64,000 bases of DNA from Marsupella aquatica. Taxonomy: Eukaryota; Plantae; Marchantiophyta. The stretch spans positions 18,638,805 to 18,702,804 of the forward strand of contig OZ316894.1 of the NCBI GenBank assembly GCA_973895155.1, written 5' to 3'. The translations under genes were made by a program, and so were the position numbers. Of the stretch, positions 1-12,409 are shown one piece after another (the first letter of the stretch is position 1; every line of letters starts with the position of its first letter). The notes beneath the pieces are model-generated. The model saw only the letters and a list, made by a program, of their open reading frames with translations. It did no database searches and was not told where the DNA came from.

Positions 1-3000
1 AAGAGATTCACCAAATGGATGGCAGCGGTATGCGTAGTTTTATTGTTCCCCAATACTACGCCTCCTCCCAATTGCTATTGAGGAAAATGTTGATGTGTCG
101 ACCTCGAGCCTTCCATACTCCAAGCAACTTAGACGGCCCTAGTAAGCTTGGAATGCGAAACGTGCCCACCGCAGGACTGGCGTGGAATCTAATGTGCTAG
201 TATCGATCATACCATCTCGCACTGAGAGCACAACAAGTTTGCTTTCACGTGAGAAAGAACTGTCTGCTTGGGCAATACATGGAGGAGATCGAATATTAGG
301 CTATTGAAAACAAGACACATAGAACTTTCTGAACCGTCCGAAGATTTCGAGGACCAGTGGAAACTGCCTAGGGGTTCGCTTGCTAGGAGCGCAGAGAATC
401 CTATTGGGTTGTTCATCATATATGTGGCGTCTAGCTACGATTCACTCTCTAGAACAACACCGTCAAGCTGTGGCTCTTTATAGTACGTTAGTTTATACAC
501 ATACAGAGATATAGAGAACCTGGCAAACTAGGCCCACCATCCGAGAATAAAAGACAACGTTTCGTACACTCCGCGCGAATCTCTTCGTTAACCGTCAGTG
601 TATCGTCATCAAACCTGTGCACCACTTTTATCGGGCGACTCTAACTTACGAGATATAGCTTTCCTTCTTTACGGCAGAACGTGTGTTTCAATGGAATAGA
701 CAAATTTTCTCAGTATCCGATATTCTGGGATCGAGAAATGCTCGATCGACTCGCAATAAACTATGTAGAATGATGAGTAACATCAACGTCTACACTGATT
801 AGTTATGGTCAACCCTAAACAGATTTCTAGCGTTACGTGTTAGTTCCCCTAAAATCAATCGAGATCTGTATTCCTGGATTATATCTCATAATAAGAACGG
901 AAACGAAAACTTGGAGGAGATCGAGCGCATCACAAGAAATAACACTCTTTTGGTTGGCCTGAGCTGCTTCTACAAAGTTCAATTTGTCTATGCACTTAAG
1001 AGTGTCACGATGGCAAGGTTCTGGTATCTAGAAATGGATCTAGGAATTACAACAAACTTGGTGAAATGACGTTCAAGACCGAACAAGAATTACAGGCTTC
1101 GCAAATTGAATGACCGACCGATACAACTGATGAATATCGAAGAAGTCTGCAACCTGGTCATTTATGGCAATGAGAATCGAGATTGTTGTCCGTTTCCGTC
1201 TCGATCTATTGTAGGTAAGAAGCCTTTCAGATCGATCGACCTTAGTTCTGTAGAGATTCTTCCCCAGGACGCTTGCATATTCAGCTTCCTTGTATACTGG
1301 AGGATATGATTCACTGTGGACCTTGTCTACATTTGCCACATCCTCAACTGGATAGTTTACCATCCATCAAAGTGAGACCTGCAGTCGTTCCAAGGAAATG
1401 TACTGAGTGAAGGATAATCTTTCATGTATCCAAATGAATCCTGTAGGCATTGAAAAAGGCTGAGTGACTGTGGAACAATCTCGTCGTTTCCTGACGAAGG
1501 TTCTGCTGCCTAAACCAGAAAATTGCAATGAGTTGCACCTGATGCAGACTACGGCCAGCTGATGGTGAAGGGCATCGACGAGGGCTGGTGAGAAGTGAAT
1601 CACATTGTATTTCTAGGGGACTGCTCGAGCCTAATGTTGCACGAGTCACAGGTGTTCTAGATTCGGCATTCGCTTCCTGCAGATGTGTTCCGACGTACGT
1701 GTTGGAAATCGTCAGATGAGTATGATTTCTTCACCATCGCTGTTCATAATACGGGGATGAATATGACGGCGCAGAGAGACATGTTGCCCTGAGCGTCTTA
1801 AAATACTCCAACAATCCAACATGCTGGACGTCCACACGCTAATTGTATTTTCCGTTTATATAAGCACATCGCAACCAGTTCATTCGAGCGTGGAATTTTT
1901 TTAGATAGATAAATCTCCTGCTGGAAAAGCTGAGATTACTAGACATTGAAAAGCTCTTGGAGCCAGGTCCGTCCGAAATTCTAAACATGACAGAATAAAA
2001 CATACGATCTCGAAACCACGGTGAGATCGGTCAGTCGATGTCTGCTCAGGTCTGCTGCCTATCGATCGAAAAGACATACTGCTCACTACTCTTTGGCACG
2101 ATCCAAGGACAGCTCTCGGGCAGACCTTCCCCGAGGGATCTATGGTGATCTGTAATAGGTGAACTACTGAAACAGTTGACGTTCGACAGTACGAAACCAT
2201 GCCCGGTAAATATTTGTCACAGGAGCGTCTGATGATCTACTTTTGTACCGAAATTCGATTCTGTCAAGTTGCTCCAAACCTTCGAAAAGCAACTCAACCG
2301 AACCGTCGTTATCAGTACACTGGACAGAACCATACGGTACTGAAAGCCAAATTATACGCGCCAAGGAATTGCCAAGGCGTTCATACTGTAGGCATTGATG
2401 TTCTGTTTCGGATTGTCATTCATTGTATTACTTGTTCAGTGCTTACAATTTATCTCATTCACTTGGTTGCTTGTACCAAATTAATGCCGTTCGAAAGCTG
2501 GCCAAGACAGATGCCTCCGGAATATAGAATGTTAGAGTTCGATAAGAAGACTCCACATGATTATTTCTGAGGACTACTGATATGATTTAGAGTTCAGGAG
2601 ATTGCGCTTCTAGCCTGAAATCGTTTGCCACAATCTCCTCGTCAATTGTGAAAAACTACCGTCTGCTCGATTTAATGTACCTAATTTCAGAGAGGAGCGG
2701 AGATTGTCATTACATGTAAATATGACATTCGTAGTGTTTTTCGCCCGACGGACGTTGATCTCGAGACAGATAAGAGTGCAACTCTCATTTAAAGACTGTC
2801 AATTCGCCATGGAATCGCAGTAACTGGCACGAGCTTCAATACAGTCATTGGTTTAAAAATAGTCCCAAACGGATTCTTCTCGAAAGCACAGATTTCGACA
2901 ATGGATGACCCGCATCAACTTGACAGTATCCTAACCTGGCATTCGCACAATCATCCCTTCATGCCACATTTCTTGCTACCGAAATGTCAAAGCTGTGTCC

Positions 3001-3226
3001 ATTCTCATGGACCATCCACATTGGAAAGGATAGATTCCTATATGTTCTGGGTCCCAGATTGAGTTGCAATACCGCAATTGGACTTCTGGTCAATGTCAAG
3101 CTGCTTTGAGGGATTGGCTGGCTTTGGGACACGAGGGCTGTTGCTTCCTGGCTCCTGTGGATGGATGGAAGACGCCTCACTGTTGTGAACCAAAGGAACT
3201 AAATACATACCAAGCAACGATTCAAG

Positions 3227-4108
3227 ATGATGAGCCGTACCCTAAAATCTTGCACGGTGCTCCTCTTCGGGTCCACCGTGGTCGCTTACACCATCTACGA
3301 AACTGCAGATTGGCTGCTCCGGACACACAAAGAGTGGTGCCATCGTCAGTGTCACCCATCGCGCTCTGTAACAGCAGCAGATCATGGAGCAAAACCGCTG
3401 CCTCGCGAAGAGGCATCCAGATATTCAAGTCTCAAGAAGCGTGTCCAACGGGTGTGTCCCAGACGCAGTCAAGTCCAGAGGGTTGAAGTCGGGCATGCAG
3501 TTGACGGTCCTCTCAATGTGGCAAATCCTCCACAAAGGTCGAAGCTCTGCAAATCCTGTCAGCGGATTGCCCGAAGCTTGTGTTGTTGCTTCTACTTGTG
3601 CAGCTTGAGAGAGGACGAGCCAGAGGAGACAGGGGCAGGCATTGAGCGGCAAAATCAGAGTAGAGAGATTGAGATTCAAGATCAGAGGCGAAAGATTGAG
3701 AGGCACGATCAGAGGGCTAGGGAGAATGTTGCGGAGGGTCTAGAGGGGGAGATAACAATCATTCCATTCGAGCAAAAGGAGGCAGAGAAGCAGAGGGGTA
3801 ACGAGGATCCACGACAACCACGGAGGAGGAAGAGCGCAAGAGCCATAGCTCATGAGCGGCTGCAAAAGGAGAGGGCAGAGGAAAGATTGAAGGACACTGT
3901 TTATTTGAGCTTGACGAGGATTGTGTATTCCTTAGTAGGGGGCACCATTGTAGCCTTGACAATGTTTCGTGGTTGTACTACGAGATGGTCGATCATTGCC
4001 CTTGGGGCTGGATTAGGATTGGGTTTGTCACTGAGGGACGCATCAAATGTCCTCGAAGAATCAACACATGCTCTGCCAATCCCAAATGTTGTTGGATTAA
4101 CATCTTAA
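3227..4108 (+). CDS. Intronless 293-aa protein with a C-terminal MICOS Mic10-like (DUF543) domain and a ~225-aa N-terminal extension
   Basis: The C-terminal RIVYSLVGGTIVALTMFRGCTTRWSIIALGAGLGLGLS matches the plant Mic10 pattern from memory: two Gly-rich hydrophobic helices, an FR..TRW loop and a GxGxGxG motif. The N-terminal part has a hydrophobic segment, a Cys cluster and a charged region. Confidence 0.75.
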   Translation: MMSRTLKSCTVLLFGSTVVAYTIYETADWLLRTHKEWCHRQCHPSRSVTAADHGAKPLPREEASRYSSLKKRVQRVCPRRSQVQRVEVGHAVDGPLNVANPPQRSKLCKSCQRIARSLCCCFYLCSLREDEPEETGAGIERQNQSREIEIQDQRRKIERHDQRARENVAEGLEGEITIIPFEQKEAEKQRGNEDPRQPRRRKSARAIAHERLQKERAEERLKDTVYLSLTRIVYSLVGGTIVALTMFRGCTTRWSIIALGAGLGLGLSLRDASNVLEESTHALPIPNVVGLTS

Positions 4109-4560
4109 ATCAAACGAGTGCCCCTTTGTCATTGACCCACATAATCTATCAATTTCAAGGGACTGAAGAATCAACAGATGCTGTGTCAATCCCAAATGTT
4201 GGATTTTCATTTTAATCAAACGAGTGCCCCTTTGTCATTGACCCACATAATATATCAATTTCAAGGGACTGAAGAATCAACAGATGTTGTGTCAATCCCA
4301 AATGTTGGATTTTCATCTTAATCAAACAAGTGCCCCTTTGGCATTGACCCACATAATAATATATCAATTTCAAGGGACTGAAGAATCAACAGATGCCTGT
4401 CAATCCCAAATGTTGGATTTTCATCTTAGTCAAACGAGTGCCCCTTTGTCATTGACACACATAATAATATATCAATTTCAAGGGACTGAAAATCAACAGA
4501 TGCTCTGTCAATCCCAAATGTTGTATTTTAATTAATCAAACGAGTGCTCCTTTGTCATTG
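4055..4560. repeat. Tandem repeat, 106-110 bp unit, about 4.7 copies
   Basis: The unit GAAGAATCAACAGATG...CAAACGAGTGCCCCTTTGTCATTGAC...TTTCAAGGGACT restarts at about 4055, 4165, 4271, 4380 and 4488. Confidence 0.95.
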
Positions 4561-6901
4561 TATAGGGTAATAACTGTTTGGTTTGGTCTGGGGTTATTAG
4601 TCTGTAATAATTGTGACCAAAAAGTGAGTAAATGCTTTGTGACTAGCCAAAGTCAAACAAATTTTCTTTTATCTATGACAGAAGTGTTTATTGAGTTGCG
4701 CACAGAAATAAAAGGGCGCTTTTCATCCATATGGTTTCCTTTGAGTGGTTCATTATCACTAAAAAGTCCAGAGACAGCACAGACCAGGGCAGCCCACAAA
4801 ACAGGAATACGAGAACCCAATCATGAAGCCGTGATCAAATGAGTCTACTATATATTGCAGGATGCATATTTCGACGACTTGTGCAAGGCTATTGTCAAAC
4901 GTTGACATAAGCTTGTTGAATTAAGAAATAAGTACTTGGATCCATATTATCTTACCTTCTATTGACATAGGGAGAAGGGAGTCACAAGCTTGGATGGGAC
5001 AATGTCCTCAAGAAAACTTCAACTTCACCAAGGACAACAACAATAGTATGCAATTTATTTTTTTATAAATATTATGCAACCAAATTGACTTTGCTACACT
5101 TGCAAAAATAGAGTAATTGTATCAAAAGTGTATTGAGATAAATCTGATTAGACTGGGCTCTGGGAACTGAATTCTAATCAAAAGCATAAAATATACTGAT
5201 GGAGGCACGCTGCCCCCATTCAAGTTCAATAGACAATGCAAATAAGATTACCTCTTTAACACTATAAGTCTTTAGTTAGTTTTTATTTCGGAAATGGTTT
5301 CCAAAACACCTTCTACAAGAGCTTTGCTTATGTATAGTAGCCAGGGCCAACTCTACCAGGCCCGTGACCAAAGGGGGTTTGGCGGGTCACATTAGGCTGA
5401 ACTTAAAAGAGCAAATATTAAATATACTTACTTAAAACAAACAAAGTGAAACAGAATGAAAGAATGAAGTAAACACAAAAGGCAAATCATTAAATGTTCC
5501 CTAGTACATCTCCTCTGCCATCATAATCTGGCCTGAATACAAATATTGTATACAATACATTTGATTTTGTTTCGGTCTCTTTAGAACAAGAGAAATTGTA
5601 TAGAAGTCAAATATTGCAGTACACCATATATATTGCAGTCAGTATGTATTGGATTCCGTATATGTTGCAAACAAAAGTATCTTGGGGGACTTTTTTTGGT
5701 CTCCCGTCACATAGCTGAACATAGTTCAGCCAATTATCTAAGGGAGTCTATGGATCACGTAACCAGATCTCTAGTAGGGACACTCTGGTTGAGCATAGCA
5801 AAGAGGCTCACTGTCATGACTATTGTTCAGTTGAGCATAGACGACATTCGTAACGGCAAGCTCATGAACCATCCAATGCACAATAGTCGACACAGAGAGA
5901 TACGTGGTTCACCTCCACATGAGGCTACGTCCACGGGAACACACAAGAGCTTTACTGCATTCTAGACCGACCGACCATACCAAGCATCCACAACACAAGC
6001 TCTCCCTATCTCTCAACTAGCTCCATAACAATGAGCCTAAGTTCCACCAGGGTCTGGCATCAGCCCTGACTATATGCACAACAGCACTACCACTAATATT
6101 AACTAAGTCCTAACCCGAGTCAACAAGACTAAGAGCAATATCTAACATGTTCAAATTAAACGAGATTGTTAAAATTTGAAAGTTGATGAGTGAAGATCCA
6201 TATGTACCTCAGCTCAAATAATGACATGTTGCATAATGACTTTGTTTCAAAATTTCTCTTTTTCTTCTCAACAAAGCATATATCTGAAAATTATTACAGT
6301 AGTTAAATTGTGGGTTCACTACGAAAGCCAAGCTAAAGGTAATGTGGTAGTCTATCAATTTTTTAAAAATTTACTCTCCCCTGCCCATAGATGGATCCAT
6401 GGACTTCAGGCCTGTAGGGGTTGCTGCACGCAGCTCCAGAAGATCCAGTATAAATATATTGAAATAAGATTGCATTGAATGTCAAGGGATTTGCTCAATG
6501 TCATAATTAGTTGCTAAAAACCTTAAGTTGGGAAGTCTAGTGGGAAGTGCAAAGTGTGCAAAGGAATCTGAAAAAATTCTTTAAATTTTTCATTAAAACT
6601 AGAGGTATTAGAAAAGAACACTACAGTCTAGCATGTCTAATTGCAGGCTCCCGAAAAGACGCCCCAAGTTTGCACTTATCTAGAGTATGTGTAACATGAT
6701 AACTGCACAGGATAGCATTCATGCATTTCTCCATATGTGCATGGTTGCACTGCCCAATAAGTGCATGGGAATTGCTTGATATGCACTTCTTTATTTGTGT
6801 TGTCTGGCACACAGTCATCCTCATACTTAAGCTCTCATAGTGTTTGATTATCTAGATAAGTTCATGAAATTGCTTTATCAATGTAATTGTTTGCTACACT
6901 T

Positions 6902-7136
6902 ATGAAATTACTATGTTTGAGGACTATCTGGCCGGTTTGCACTTAACCACTAAATTACTATGTTCAGGACTACATGGCCGGTTTGTACTTGACCATGAAA
7001 TTAGTATGTTCAGGGTCTACATGGCCGGTTTGCACTTAACCATGAAATTACTATGTTCAGGGACTCCATGGCCGGTTTGCACTTAACCATGAAATTACTA
7101 TGTTCAGGGACTACATGGCGGGTTTGCACTTAACCA
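6902..7136. repeat. Minisatellite, ~47 bp unit, 5 copies
   Basis: Repeated ATGAAATTACTATGTTCAGGGACTACATGGCCGGTTTGCACTTAACC. Confidence 0.95.
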
Positions 7137-7907
7137 CGGAATGCTCTTATACACACTGCCCTGTGGACTTGTACAGCACGAGATCGCATAACGAAGGGAC
7201 TTGTGCGCCGCGTGAGTTTGACTGCGGTTTTACGTCCCATCAATTCGAGTGCTTGGAATGATTTGATGGGATCCTAATCATACTGAAGGCAAATGTCATG
7301 TCAATATGTTTGTTGTTGTGGCGTGAAATGACTGCAGGTCGTTGGCACTGTCATCAATATACTTGAGATCGACTTTGATCCGGATTGAAAATCAAGTCCG
7401 GAGTTGATTGCTTTGCTTAGAGTGAATTTGGAGTAAACGTGGTCATGAGAGGAGTGAATCGAGAAAGCTAGAAGTCCCGGCTTACAGAACCTTGGTCAGA
7501 TTGAAATTGGGTCATAGATGACTTGAGCCCCGGCTTAGTTTGCAGTAAGTTGGCTCGTACAAATTGATTTCCCGTCGGATTACGCAGAGTTCACGAACAT
7601 CTCGTTCTTACAATTCCAAGCAATAACACAAAATGACCTCAATTGATCAGCATAGCTTCCTTACCGACCTTTTCCATTGTAGCACCTTTGATATTTCTTA
7701 CTAGCTACAATAGTGGCTTGAGATTTCGAGGCGGGAGCACTTGATCAAGCTGAGCCCGTTCTAGAAACTGAATACTACCGATACTTAGTGATTTGTTCTA
7801 GCTCACCATAGCTTTATCGCGCGATCTGACCGGAAATTTTGTCGCAGGTCGACTGCTAGATTTAGATTAGAGAAGCACAGTGAGGTCGTCAGTGCCGCAA
7901 TCTCACA

Positions 7908-9646
7908 ATGGTGAAGTGCAAGTATGGGTGTAATTGCCTTTTCAAGACCGCGGCGGCAATGGAAGACCACCGAAGGGCTTCCCATCCGGCGCGGTCCTCT
8001 GCTGTGAAAAAGAATCAGGTCGCCGATGGAAACAACCGTAATGTCGTGAATGCGATGCCCCCGGTGAATCGCAACTTACTGACGTGCCGGTATGGATGTA
8101 CTCGCCTGTTCTCGACCCTTGAGGCAATGAATGCCCACCGCAAGGATTCCCACCCCGGCGCTTCGTCCCAGCGGTTGCCTCCTGTTAAAAGGATACCGGT
8201 CGCCGCATGTAATGACTGTGGCCAGACCTTTTCTAGTGTTGATGCGCTGCGGCACCATCAACTCACGAAGGCAGAACATATACGCCCAGCAAGGGAGGTC
8301 GGATCGTTTGGCTGCGAGAGATGCAACAGAACCTTGAGAAACCAGGATGCCCTGGAGCAGCACTTTGTTGCTGATCACTCGCGTACGTATAAAGCTCAGT
8401 TGCTGGTTTATGACGAATGTTTGTTTTCTTTTGCCATGAGCATCTCCACATAAATTACGTTTTGTGAACAACAAACCTGATCGAGAGGAACGGTAGGTTA
8501 CAGAGGGAGATGGAAACATATCGACGGGTGCATGTTTTCAACCTTTACTATTCGGTGTATTGCACCCATGACCTTGTTCTTCTCTGAATTAGCATTCACA
8601 ACTTCGCATGACTGTGCAACATAATTATTCTAGATGTCACCGCAATGACTCCGTCTTGTCTATGATTGTTCAGAAATAAGTCACAGAAATTAGGTAGGTC
8701 GAAATAGACAGAAGCCTGTCTCGGGCAATTGCCATCTGTTCATTCATTCTGTCAGCAGGTGAGTCGTTTATTCTGTCAACGTTAGGTTCTTTCATTGCCA
8801 ATTGATCATTACACAAGTCATCACTCATCCTTCAATTGACCCATCCCTTGACACGAATATCTCCAAACCTGTTACATATTCTTGAAATTGCACGCGGAGA
8901 GCGTCTCATTGACTTGAAGGCTGAGCTTCAGGGTAAATGTTTAATTTGAATGTTCCCCAATCAATCTGGAGTTGTGCTTCGTAGTGGTTTATCTGCAATT
9001 CCCCGGACTTATCACAATTGTTTTCTCCTTGTCAGTAATCCAGATGGCTAAAGGCGACAGTGGGAGAGCCCAATTAGAAGCTGATTTCAAACGGAATTGG
9101 CGGAAACCTTCACAGCCAGGTCAGGTCTTGAGCGTGTTCAGGGTGTACAACCCGGGATGGAGGTCTCTCGAGTTCCAACAGTACAAGCAGAAGTTACCAA
9201 ACGGCGGCAACGAGGTGAGCAGGTATCATGGGACAACGCTGCTGTGCGACCTTGGCAGCGTTGCAGGAAACTCCGGACACGATTCCAAATTGTGTCAAAG
9301 TGAGGGATGTAATCTCTGCTGCATACTTCGTACTGGCTTCAAGACTGCAAAGGCCAGGGATAGATGGCAGAGATTCGGAAAGGGAATCTACACCACCGCC
9401 ACAAGCGGAAAAAGCGATGATTACATTTTTTCCAGTTCCAGTCGAAGAGCAGTACTGGTATGCCGAGTGCTGGCAGGAAACGTTCTCCGAACGCAAACCA
9501 ACATGCCCACTCTCGATGCACCGCCGCAAGGGTATGACTCTGTGTCTGGTGAAGTCGGGAAGGATCTCAATTACGACGAGACGGTGGTGTATTCTTCCAA
9601 CGCGATTCTGCCGTATTACATGATTGTGTACAGACGTATTATATAA
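7908..9646 (+). CDS. C2H2 zinc-finger (x4) plus PARP-type ADP-ribosyltransferase catalytic domain protein; predicted exons 7908-8382 and 9036-9646 (~361 aa)
   Basis: ORF 7908 has four CxxC/CxxxC...H...H fingers. ORF 8972 has YHGT, FGKGIYTTATSGKSDDY, VLVCRVLAG, GYDSV and LNYDETVVY. The donor GC|GTACGT (8383) and acceptor TTGTCAG|TA (9035) are both phase 1 and join in frame. Extra internal exons cannot be excluded. Confidence 0.8.
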
Positions 9647-10061
9647 TCTCCCAACTCGAAAAATCAACATGCACTCACAGCATTAAGTTTGCCTTTCGAG
9701 TTCCGACAAAGGATGAAAAATCAGAAGTGGAATTCTCGGATTCCTGCTTAAGCTCCACAGTTCCCCGAGAAGGCTGCACTGAAACCTCAGAAATTCGTGA
9801 GGCAAAATTCATGATTTAAGTCGGCACGAAGGATTATTTTGACACTGCTTGGTGTAGGCTGAGCTCAGAATCTTAGAGAGCGATGGTCAGACCTGCGCCA
9901 TTGACCTTTTGGGAAATCGTTGAGAGTTTCGAATCTAGAGAAATGAGGATTGCTTGCCCCCAAGTTGATCTGTGGCTACTGCGGCATTTTGACTCTATTT
10001 ACAACGAAGATTTGGTCGTATAGCATAGATTATTTTGCTAAACTATGGAATGTCTTTGAAC

Positions 10062-10168
10062 TGTGAACTCAGTCAGCACAAACAGAGAAGAGACTTTTGA
10101 TCATAATTGACATATGTGAACTCTGTCAGCACCAACAGAGAAGAGCACTTTTGATCATAATAGACATA
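10062..10168. repeat. Tandem duplication, ~53 bp x2
   Basis: TGTGAACTC.GTCAGCAC.AACAGAGAAGAG..CTTTTGATCATAAT.GACATA occurs twice. Confidence 0.85.
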
Positions 10169-10616
10169 TCCACAAAGTTCGTCAGTGTTTTGGTCCAATT
10201 TTATTAAAAGTTTTTAGGAAAGAACTTACCCTTAAAACTTGCTAGGCATGACTGGTGATACTTTCTTCACAAGAAGTAATGCACCATGAACAATGGCCCG
10301 AAGATGGCCGAAGATGCCCACCCCTCCCAAGAGAAGCAAATGGGCTGCTGGCATTGAGAATACCAGTCCTGCCAAACAGTTCCTTTTAGGCCAAAATTGG
10401 CTTAAACCTTGCTTCAAATCTCTGCAGAAGAATGAATGATATGAAGGGACAAATTGAATTTTTTTTTAGCCAATTGTAATTTGCCAAAAGTTTACCTAAG
10501 CAAAGGTGAAATCGTCAGATCTAATTATATATAAAAGCCATGGATTACGGAAGTCTTGTAACCATGTGGGTGACTATGTTGTTGCTGAAGTGCTAGTGGC
10601 AGTTGTGTCATTGTTG

Positions 10617-10762
10617 AGGCCATGTTGTGGTTGCAAAACTGTTGTCATTATGGAAGTAGTGTCATTTTATTAGCTATAACAGTGGCCATGTTGTGGTTGC
10701 AAAACTGTTGTCATTACTGAAGTAGTGTCATTTTTTATTAGCTATAACAGTGGCCATGTTGT
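10617..10762. repeat. Tandem repeat, ~66-68 bp x2.2
   Basis: GGCCATGTTGTGGTTGCAAAACTGTTGTCATTA...TTAGCTATAACAGT is repeated. Confidence 0.85.
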
Positions 10763-11142
10763 TGCAGATTGAACTCAAACATTGTCATTGCAGGCGTGTG
10801 ATTGTTGTGGCCATGACATTGTGATAGAAGCCGTGTTTTGGCCCGGGTTCTGGCTGTGACTTTTGTGGTTGCAGTAAGATTTCCTTTGCAAAAATGTTAT
10901 CATTGCACAAAATCCATGATTGTTGGTGAATGTTGGTGAAGCCTACTCATTAGTAGAGGGTGAAGGTGCAAATGATTGGTGAGAGCCAAAGTGAGACAAT
11001 TGAGGCATGGGAGTAGGTCAAGCAAGGGCTCCCGGACAAGAACAATAAACAAGTTCCCAGATTTCTCCAGGTTCTCCCTTATTTTTGTTTTTCCCTTTTC
11101 ATTTTTTCCCTCTTGCATTTTTTCCCTTTGCCATTCAGGCCA

Positions 11143-11310
11143 CTTGTACCCTAACAAAAATAAGTCCAAGAGGGTGCCAAAAAAACAACCACCCCCTCCC
11201 TTAGCCTGGTATATGTATATATTTAACTTGTACCCTAACAAAAATAAGTCCAAGAGGGTGCCAGAAAAAACAACCACCCCCTCCCTTAGCCTGGTATAGG
11301 TATATTTTTT
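11143..11310. repeat. Tandem duplication, ~85 bp x2
   Basis: CTTGTACCCTAACAAAAATAAGTCCAAGAGGGTGCC...CCCTTAGCCTGGTATA occurs twice. Confidence 0.9.
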
Positions 11311-11824
11311 TTGAGGCTGCTATATGGCAAGACTCTCTTTGGCTATCTTGTCTCATTCAATTTAATTGAAATGTATTTTTATGTTAGTTTGACCTAGTCC
11401 ATGCTTTAGGTATATATTATTTAGAATTTAGTTATTTTTGACAGCACGTTTAACTTTTTAAATTTACTTAGTTTATATTTATATTTGGTCCCCTATATCA
11501 GAAAAAAAATTAAAAACAAAGTTGGGTAGTTCACTCTCTTCTCTTTGAATCATAAAGTATTATATTTATACAAATACACTGTCTAGTACCTTGAAATTAA
11601 TGCACATGTCTTCAAGTACTGTACTTTTCTCATTTTTTAAAAGATGTGCAGTTTTTCCATTAACTTTCTTATAATCATTCTCCTCATAGTCAAATTAAAA
11701 TGTCTCCTCATTTCAATTTTTTTAGATAAGTAAAAATAAGCATGTAATAGGATGAACATGCTATATATGGAGAGAGAGTTGGGAGGGGGAAGGGCAGGGG
11801 GACGCCAGGAGGAGATACTTCCTA

Positions 11825-12166
11825 TCTATTAAATAATGTCAATCCTGGCCCAAAAAGGGTGGATCAAAGGGGGACATATTGTTTATTCAACTTCTCTTTC
11901 CAGCTCTTAAAAAATGTCAATCCTGGCCTAAAAAGGGTGGATCAAAGGGGGGGAGATATTGTTTACAGCTCTTGAATAATGTCAATCCTGGCCCAAAAAG
12001 GGTGGACCAAGGGGGGAGACAGCTTTATCCAATTTCTCTTTGCAGCTATTAAGTAATGTCCAATCCTGGTCTAAAAAGGGTGGATCAAGGGGGGAGATAT
12101 CGTTTATTCAACTTCCCTTTCCAGCTATTAAACAATGTCAATCCTGGCCCCAAAAGGATGGATCAT
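11825..12166. repeat. Degenerate tandem array, ~65-80 bp unit, 5 copies
   Basis: AATGTCAATCCTGGCC(C/T)AAAAAGGGTGGATCAA recurs five times. Confidence 0.9.
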
Positions 12167-12274
12167 ACAGGAATCATCCGTTCTCAAGATTAATAAAGTC
12201 CAGAGCAAGAGTACTAGGCTGCAAAGCAACGTAGACCAAGACGTCCAAAACAAACAACACTGAGTACACATTGC

Positions 12275-12327
12275 AGTACCAGACTGGGTACAGAATGAAG
12301 TACCAGACTGGGTACAGAATGAAGTAC

Positions 12328-12371
<44 letters not shown>
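12275..12371. repeat. 24-bp tandem duplication followed by a (CT)n microsatellite
   Basis: AGTACCAGACTGGGTACAGAATGA x2, then a CT run to ~12371. Confidence 0.9.
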
Positions 12372-12375
<4 letters not shown>

Positions 12376-12409
12376 CAATTGACTTGCTAAAGGGAAACGA
12401 CTGTCATCG

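Noticed and set aside
1-3200. Several 60-120 aa ORFs
   Set aside because: No recognisable domain or consistent exon chain. This could be UTR or intronic sequence of a neighbouring gene.
6902-7136. 47-bp array as a CRISPR or ncRNA array
   Set aside because: Units abut with no unique spacers, as in an ordinary minisatellite.
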